Source: Sulfuricella sp.
GTDB lineage: Bacteria; Pseudomonadota; Gammaproteobacteria; Burkholderiales; Sulfuricellaceae
Direction of reading: 5' to 3'
DNA: 24,000 nucleotides
NCBI GenBank assembly: GCA_018336195.1
Contig: JAGXQV010000145.1
Location: forward strand, 21,995-45,994
The stretch's first letter is position 1, and each line of letters starts with the position of its first letter. Positions 19,801-24,000 of the stretch are shown here, piece by piece. Both the position numbers and the translations under genes were made by a program. The notes under the pieces are model-generated. The model ran no database searches. It was given only the letters and a program-made list of their open reading frames with translations, and was not told the DNA's origin.

Positions 19801-19881
19801 GTCAGTGATATCCGAGCGGTATTCGTATTTGAGCCCCGTCAGTTTATCGATGAAGCTTTGTTCGATTTGTTGTTCAATCAT
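16804..19881 (-). CDS. hsdR: Type I restriction enzyme, endonuclease/translocase subunit R (type IC-like)
   Basis: I chose the start at ATG 19881 (MIEQQIEQSFIDKL...). The 34-aa upstream extension in the track looks non-coding. Nuclease motif RYDVILLINGVPVVQIELKT. Helicase motif I IWHTTGSGKTLTS and motif II VFIFDECHRSQFG. QLFIVSNRDRSYYFANN resembles my recollection of the EcoR124I HsdR region QLFVISNGTDTRYFANT. Confidence 0.95.
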   Translation of the reverse strand: MIEQQIEQSFIDKLTGLKYEYRSDITDRAALEKNFRDKFEALNRVRLTDSEFARLLDEIVTPDVFAAAKTLRSINAFTRDDDTPLNYTLVNLKDWCKNHFEVINQLRINTDNSHHRYDVILLINGVPVVQIELKTLGVNPRRAMEQIVEYKHDPGNGYTKTLLCFMQLFIVSNRDRSYYFANNNARHFAFNADERFLPIYEFADEDNRKITQLDEFAERFLKKCDLGRIISRYMVLLAGEQKLMIMRPYQVYAVQHMVKCIAEDNGNGYIWHTTGSGKTLTSFKASTLLKENDHIHKCVFVVDRKDLDRQTREEFNKFQEGCVEENTNTAALVRRLLSEDYADKVIVTTIQKLGLALIESSKRNKQRSKNGQATYKEQLEALKDKRIVFIFDECHRSQFGENHKAIKDFFPQAQLFGFTGTPIFEANATLQKIEDTQASMRTTEDLFQKQLHAYTITHAIEDGNVLRFHIDYFKPKPKNEKEAKPVGKGAPKADEPKPPFSKAAIVGEILTKHDAATGGRRFNAILATASINDAIEYHALFKTLQADKQTADPDYKPLNIACVFSPPAELAENEEAKKDIKQLSSDLPQEQEDNKVEPEKKKQALEVILADYNARYGTNHRLSEFDLYYQDVQKRIKDQQWPNADYPAAQKIDITIVVDMLLTGFDSKFLNTLYVDKNLKHHGLIQAFSRTNRVLNGTKPYGNILDFRQQQDSVDAAIALFSGEKTGEQAREIWLVDKAPVVIKKLEAAVQKLDDFMKSQGLSCTPSAVANLKGDAARAAFISHFKEVQRLKTQLDQYTDLTGENKASIEQVLPEDNLRGFKGQYLETAKKLREQRVKSGKEGDGPGADDPAEQIDQLDFEFVLFASAVIDYDYIMGLIARFSQKGPGKSKMTREELIGLIGADAKFMNERDAIAEYIGTLKAGEGLSETAIREGYTRFKAEKNAQELAAISAKHGLATAALQSFVDGILDRMIFDGEQLSDLYAPYDLGWKERTHKEIALMQDCAPYLVKRADGRDISGLSAYE

Positions 19882-20228
19882 TGTTGGAGCTCTGCAATCT
19901 TGGTACCGCCCTTGGCAACACATGACACCGGTAAATTTCCACAAATAGCCGCCTCTTACAATCATTGAGCATTCTGAATGCATTTCACTTCAGGATGTTC
20001 ACTGCTAACACCGTTTGGCCGCATAACCACGAAGCACAGCGGACGACGGATGGCGAAGCTGGCCGACGGGTCCGGTGGAGTAGATTGTTGGGACAGCTTG
20101 CCATTGGTACTGGCGCCGGTCACGCAACCGCCATTCCAGTGAATGTCTGCTCTAGGAAAATCGGTAAATGACGGCTTATGGCCGACAGCAGTCATGCTAT
20201 CACATTGGCATGACCGTCCGCTCCGGCC

Positions 20229-20265
20229 GAAAAACAGACCCTCACGGCAAACAATCCGACGGTCT
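20229..20265 (-). terminator. Putative Rho-independent terminator of the REC-REC-histidine kinase gene
   Basis: The minus-strand RNA reads AGACCGUCGG-auuguuug-CCGUGAGGGUCU followed by G-UUUUU. The outer stem has five perfect pairs (AGACC/GGUCU), with further pairs around one mismatch and a bulge. It lies about 60 nt downstream of the stop at 20325. Confidence 0.5.
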
Positions 20266-20324
20266 CTTGTGGATAGAAACCAGTCCCCCAATCCTTGCCA
20301 GGTCCCCACAAAGCTGCCCTCCCC

Positions 20325-22079
20325 CTACTGCACCAACACGTCTCCCGCCTCCTCCGCCGCGCGCGGCAGCATCACCATCAGTGTGGTGGTGTTGTTTTCG
20401 TCGGAAACGTTCATGGCGATCCTGCCGCACTGGGTTTCGGCGATGAGTTTGGCCGAATAGGTACCCAGACCGGTGCCGCCCTGCTTACCGGCGGTGACGA
20501 ACTTGTCGAAGAAATGCTCGCGGATTCCCAGGGGAACCGCGCCATGATTGACAAGGCTGATCATGGCGCGATCCTCCTTGCCGTGCAGGTCGATCTTGAT
20601 GGTCTGCTGTTGTCCCGAGGCTTCCATGGCATTCTTGAACAGATTGCCGAACAGGGAATAGCAGAGGAGTTCGTCGCCGGCGATGAAAAAGGCTTCCTGC
20701 TCGCTGACTTCCTTGCCGCTCGCCATGAATTGGACGCTTACCTGGCGCGCCTCCAGTTCCGATTGTTTTTCCTTGACGATGCGTTTCAACAGTTGGGCAA
20801 TGTCGACCCGCCCGGGGGTGAATGCATAGGTGCCCTGCTCCATCTTGTAGAGATCCAGCGACAGGTTGACCATGTTGAGCACGCTGTAGGCGGACTGCTC
20901 GATATCCTTGATGATTTCCTTCTGGTCGTTGGACATCATGTCGTCGTCGAGGAGGATCGAGGAGAAGTTGATGATCCCGCCGATCGGGTTTTTCATGTCG
21001 TGGTGGACGATGCGTTCCACTTCCTCGCGCAGGCGGAAATTCTCTTCGAGAATCGCGTGCTGCTTCTGCAATTCCTCATGGTTGCGGCGAATTTCGTCGA
21101 ACGAACGTTTCAGCCGCAAATGAGTACGGATGCGCGCCTTGAGGATGGGAGGATCGGCCGGTTTGCTGATGTAGTCCACCGCGCCAAGTTCCAGGCCCTG
21201 GGTGACGTTGACCGCCTCGCCGCCCATGGCGGTAAGGAAAATCACCGGGATGTCGGCGGTGGCGGGATTGGCCTTGAGACGGCGGCAAACCTCGAAACCG
21301 TCCATTTCCGGCATCATCACGTCGAGCAGGATCAGGTCGGGGAGCTTTCCGGATTCGAGGATCTTCAGCGCCCGCTCCCCGCCGTTGGCCGCTTTCACGC
21401 GGTATTCGTCGTCGAGCAGTTCAACCAGCAAGTCGAGGTTATCCGGCACGTCGTCGACCACCAGGATGGTCGCCTCGCGCGCCAAACGCCCCTTGAATTC
21501 GTCATCCATCACGATCGCCAGCGGCTCGGCGCCGGCTTTCATCGGTGGCACCGCAATAGGCCGCGCAGCAATCCCCGGAGGCTGGAATTCCGGCACGCTC
21601 TGCGCCGCTGTTCTGGGCGCGGCGGCGCTCGGCGCCGGCTTTGCCGCGCCGCCCGCCACGAACGGGAACGCAGCCGCCTTGGCGGCGGCAACTTCCGGGC
21701 GGGGCGTATTGATGATCTTGGTGAGCTTGGTTTCCAAACTGTTGACGGTAAACGGCTTGACCATGAAATCGGAAACACCCGCCTCGATCGCCATTTCAAC
21801 CTGGTGGCGCTGGGTTTCGGCGGTCACCATCAGCACCGGCAGGTTGGCCAGCTTGGCATCCGCGCGGATCGCCTTGAGCATCTCCAGGCCGCTCATTACC
21901 GGCATGTTCCAGTCGGTAATCACCACCTGGACCGGTTGCGACCTGAGAATATGCAGGCCTTCCGTCCCATTGGCCGCCATCACGATATTTTTGAACCCCA
22001 TCTGGTTGAGATTCTTGGCAATGACGCGGCGCATGCTGTCCATGTCGTCGACCACCAGGAAACGCAGGTTGTAGTTCAT
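20325..22079 (-). CDS. Response-regulator/histidine-kinase hybrid: REC (CheY-like) - Ala/Pro-rich linker - REC - HisKA - HATPase_c
   Basis: 584 aa. REC1 LRFLVVDDMDSMRR...VVITDWNMPVMSG...MVKPF. REC2 ILVVDDVPDNL...LILLDVMMPEMDG...YISKP. H-box ERIVHHDMKNPIGGI. N-box FGNLFKNAMEAS. G-box GGTGLGTYSAKL. SD-like GGGAGA lies 5-6 nt upstream of the ATG at 22079. Confidence 0.9.
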   Translation of the reverse strand: MNYNLRFLVVDDMDSMRRVIAKNLNQMGFKNIVMAANGTEGLHILRSQPVQVVITDWNMPVMSGLEMLKAIRADAKLANLPVLMVTAETQRHQVEMAIEAGVSDFMVKPFTVNSLETKLTKIINTPRPEVAAAKAAAFPFVAGGAAKPAPSAAAPRTAAQSVPEFQPPGIAARPIAVPPMKAGAEPLAIVMDDEFKGRLAREATILVVDDVPDNLDLLVELLDDEYRVKAANGGERALKILESGKLPDLILLDVMMPEMDGFEVCRRLKANPATADIPVIFLTAMGGEAVNVTQGLELGAVDYISKPADPPILKARIRTHLRLKRSFDEIRRNHEELQKQHAILEENFRLREEVERIVHHDMKNPIGGIINFSSILLDDDMMSNDQKEIIKDIEQSAYSVLNMVNLSLDLYKMEQGTYAFTPGRVDIAQLLKRIVKEKQSELEARQVSVQFMASGKEVSEQEAFFIAGDELLCYSLFGNLFKNAMEASGQQQTIKIDLHGKEDRAMISLVNHGAVPLGIREHFFDKFVTAGKQGGTGLGTYSAKLIAETQCGRIAMNVSDENNTTTLMVMLPRAAEEAGDVLVQ

Positions 22080-22361
22080 GTCACTTCTCCCTGTTTAATA
22101 TCATCCATTATCGGCGCCGCCACCGTGGAAAAGCAACAAAGCTTTACCACTGTAAGTTGGCAGCAAAAGTGGGATAGGACCATGCAATATTTTTTCTTCG
22201 CGCTCACCAAAATCATGCGGAAACGCGATCTGTTCCTCATTACAACTCACTTAAACTCACAAAAAGGTATGCCGAATGAATAACTCCTTGATTTGACCTT
22301 TACCGGCATGATTCATGACGCTATGCTTTGTGGACATCCGCAAGGAACATGGAGAAACACA
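22080..22361. promoter_or_regulatory. AT-richer divergent intergenic region between the REC-REC-HK gene and glgP. It presumably carries both promoters, and the glgP RBS is at 22351-22354.
   Basis: 282 bp with no convincing ORF, flanked by divergently oriented genes. GGAG lies 7 nt upstream of the glgP ATG. I could not place a convincing -35/-10 pair with proper spacing. Confidence 0.3.
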
Positions 22362-24000
22362 ATGCTCAAACCGTCCGAAGCATCCATCCCGGATATCCAG
22401 AAACTCGACACGCCGTCCGTCGAGCACTCCCTCATCAACCATCTGACTTATTCGGTCGGCAAGGATTACATCACCGCCACCGACCGCGACTGGTTCTTCG
22501 CCCTGGCGAACGCGGTGCGGGAACGCATGACCGGGCGCTGGATGGAAACCATGCGCAGCTATTACAAGCAGGATGCCAAGCGGGTGTATTACCTTTCCAT
22601 GGAGTTCCTGATCGGGCGCACTTTGCTCAGCAGCCTGCTCAACCTGGGTTTCGAGGAAGAATGCCGCAAGGCGATCCAGGATCTCGGCGAAGACCTCGAA
22701 AAAATCCGCCAGATCGAACCCGATGCAGCGCTGGGCAACGGCGGTCTGGGGCGGCTCGCCGCATGTTTTCTGGATTCGATGGCGACCCTTGGCCTGCCCG
22801 GTTACGGTTACGGGATACGCTACGAATACGGAATGTTCAACCAGCGCATCGAGAACGGCCACCAGATCGAGCATCCCGACAATTGGCTGCGTTACGGCAA
22901 CCCGTGGGAATATCCACGACCCGAGGTGCTGTATCCGGTCAAGTTCCACGGGCGGGTGGTGGAATTCGCCGACGAGGGCGGACGCTTGCGCCACCACTGG
23001 GTGGATACCGAAGACGTGATGGCGATGGCCTACGACACGCCGATTCCCGGCTTCGGCGGCAAGACGGTGAACAACATGCGGCTGTGGGCGGCCAAGGCGT
23101 CACGCGATTTCGACCTGCAATACTTCAACGAGGGCAACTACATCAAGGCGGTGGAGGACAAGAACCAGTCGGAAAACCTCTCCAAGGTGCTGTATCCCGA
23201 CGACACCACCCAGATGGGCCGCGAATTGCGCCTGAAACAACAGTATTTCTTCGTCTCTGCGTCGATCCAGGACGTACTGTACCGCTTCGACAAATCCGGC
23301 CACGCCATCGACGAATTGCCGGACAAGGTGGCCATCCAGCTCAACGACACCCATCCCTCAATATCGGTGCCGGAGTTGATGCGCATCCTCGTCGATCTGC
23401 GCGGCCTGCCTTGGGAGCAGGCGTGGAACATCACTACCCGGGTGTTCTCCTACACCAACCATACCCTGATGCCGGAAGCCCTGGAAACCTGGCCGGTGGC
23501 GCTGATGGAAAGCGTCTTGCCGCGCCATTTGCAGATCATCTACGAAATCAATCAGCGTTTCATGACCGAAGTGATGCACCGTAACCCCGGCGACGTGGAG
23601 TTGATGAAACACATGTCGATCATCGACGAGGACCGCGGCCGACGGGTGCGCATGGCCTATCTCGCCATCGTCGGCAGCCATCACGTCAACGGCGTGGCGC
23701 AGATCCACACCGACCTGATGCGCGCCACCATTTTCAAGGATTTCGACCGTTTCTTTCCCGGCAAGATCCTCAACATCACCAACGGCATCACCCCGCGGCG
23801 CTGGCTCAACCAGGCCAATCCGGGGCTGTCCCGACTGATCTCCAGCCACATCGGCCATGACTGGCGCACCGACCTCGCGCAACTGGCGAAGCTCGCGCCG
23901 CTCGCCGAAAACCGCGCCTTCCGCGAGGAATTCCGCTCCATCAAACATGCCAACAAGGTCAAGCTGGCCGGCATCATTCACCAGAAACTCGGCATCCAGG
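22362..24000 (+). CDS. glgP: Glycogen/maltodextrin phosphorylase (GT35), N-terminal ~546 aa. The 3' end lies outside the window.
   Basis: Hand translation from ATG 22362 gives MLKPSEASIPDIQKLDTPSVEHSLINHLTYSVGKDYITATDRDWFFALANAVRERM.... It also contains EPDAALGNGGLGRLAACFLDSMATLGLPGYGYGIRYEYGMFNQ, LNDTHPSI, YTNHTLMPEALE, NGVAQIHTDL and TNGITPRRWL. No stop occurs up to base 24000, which explains its absence from the ORF track. The track ORF 22328..23584 is in a different frame and is spurious. Confidence 0.95.
   Translation, partial: MLKPSEASIPDIQKLDTPSVEHSLINHLTYSVGKDYITATDRDWFFALANAVRERMTGRWMETMRSYYKQDAKRVYYLSMEFLIGRTLLSSLLNLGFEEECRKAIQDLGEDLEKIRQIEPDAALGNGGLGRLAACFLDSMATLGLPGYGYGIRYEYGMFNQRIENGHQIEHPDNWLRYGNPWEYPRPEVLYPVKFHGRVVEFADEGGRLRHHWVDTEDVMAMAYDTPIPGFGGKTVNNMRLWAAKASRDFDLQYFNEGNYIKAVEDKNQSENLSKVLYPDDTTQMGRELRLKQQYFFVSASIQDVLYRFDKSGHAIDELPDKVAIQLNDTHPSISVPELMRILVDLRGLPWEQAWNITTRVFSYTNHTLMPEALETWPVALMESVLPRHLQIIYEINQRFMTEVMHRNPGDVELMKHMSIIDEDRGRRVRMAYLAIVGSHHVNGVAQIHTDLMRATIFKDFDRFFPGKILNITNGITPRRWLNQANPGLSRLISSHIGHDWRTDLAQLAKLAPLAENRAFREEFRSIKHANKVKLAGIIHQKLGIQ

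Larger units (their letters stand above)
10113..20228 (-). other. Lower-GC genomic islet: a Type I R-M operon with embedded accessory (defence-type) genes. Boundaries are approximate.
   Basis: It is bounded on the left by the end of the CheB-CheR gene (10112). On the right it is bounded by the terminator of the REC-REC-HK gene (20229-20265). All seven ORFs lie on the minus strand with junctions from -8 to +5 nt. Hand-counted 60-nt lines give about 43-45% G+C in hsdS and the prrC-like gene, about 50% in the yhcG-like gene, and about 60% in hsdR. Backbone lines give 62-67%. No integrase, IS or tRNA was seen. Confidence 0.6.

Noticed and set aside
19882-19983. 34-codon extension of hsdR (MHSECSMIVRGGYLWKF...). 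The 15-codon extension of the yhcG-like ORF (16812-16856) is a similar case.
   Set aside because: The extensions are AT-rich or atypical sequence without homology-like features. The internal ATGs give canonical family N-termini (MIEQQIEQSFIDKL... and MNKLNN...) and, for yhcG, a coupling overlap with the hsdR stop.
10478-20200. Possible inverted repeat between the islet flanks. One example is left cccaaagcggaaattgcc vs right-flank reverse complement cctagagcagacattcac. Another is agtggaattgccgt vs actggaatggcggt.
   Set aside because: Only about 65-80% identity over 14-18 nt, with different spacing in the two flanks. That is too weak to call terminal inverted repeats or a target-site duplication without a proper alignment.
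19962-20309. 115-aa minus-strand ORF between hsdR and the REC-REC-HK gene.
   Set aside because: It spans the predicted terminator of the kinase gene and the hsdR leader, and it has no motifs or SD. It is more likely non-coding junction or promoter DNA.
22100-22200. Sigma-54-like TGG...TTGC elements in the divergent intergenic region (e.g. TGGTAAAGCTTTGTTGC on the minus strand, TGGCAGCAAAAGTGGG on the plus strand).
   Set aside because: The GG-to-GC spacing is off by 2 or more nt from the -24/-12 consensus, or the GC element is missing.
20295-22283. 662-aa plus-strand ORF covering the REC-REC-HK locus and the intergenic region.
   Set aside because: It is antisense to a well-supported kinase gene, runs through the AT-rich promoter region, and has no recognisable domains.
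22257-23981. ORFs 22328-23584 (+), 22257-22997 (-), 23358-23981 (-) and smaller ones over the glgP region.
   Set aside because: They are out of frame or antisense relative to the glycogen phosphorylase frame, which has textbook GT35 motifs.
1-24000. CRISPR arrays, tRNA/rRNA genes, IS elements, and integrase or recombinase genes (including hsdS-shuffling invertases).
   Set aside because: I scanned the ORF translations and intergenic regions and saw no regularly spaced repeats, no cloverleaf-like segments in the short intergenic regions, and no DDE or tyrosine/serine recombinase motifs.

Overview
This is a GC-rich chromosomal segment, probably from a proteobacterium. Single 60-nt lines counted by hand give about 62-67% G+C in the flanks. 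No database search was possible, so every family call rests on motifs read directly from the translations.

(1) 1-10112, + strand: a tightly coupled signalling operon. It holds the 3' part of a hybrid histidine kinase and an 812-aa membrane multi-sensor protein with no output domain (Cache-type periplasmic domain, GAF, coiled coil, PocR). These are followed by a 1470-aa hybrid kinase (4HB-HAMP-GAF-PAS-PAS-HisKA-HATPase-REC-REC-HPt) and a stand-alone CheB-CheR fusion.

(2) About 10.1-20.2 kb, - strand: a lower-GC, compositionally mosaic Type I (IC-like) restriction-modification operon that appears to be one transcription unit. Its gene order is hsdR, YhcG/DUF1016-type PD-(D/E)xK nuclease, hsdS, PrrC-like ABC-ATPase/anticodon-nuclease candidate, a truncated rhuM remnant, dinD, hsdM. 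This composite defence islet is the most interesting part of the window. No integrase, transposase, tRNA or clear direct repeats mark its ends.

(3) 20325-22079, - strand: a REC-REC-HisKA-HATPase kinase with a plausible intrinsic terminator.

(4) 22362-24000, + strand: the 5' part of glycogen phosphorylase. It is missing from the supplied ORF track because it runs off the window without a stop codon.

I saw no rRNA, tRNA, CRISPR array or IS element. The many long antisense ORFs in the track are GC-rich shadow ORFs.
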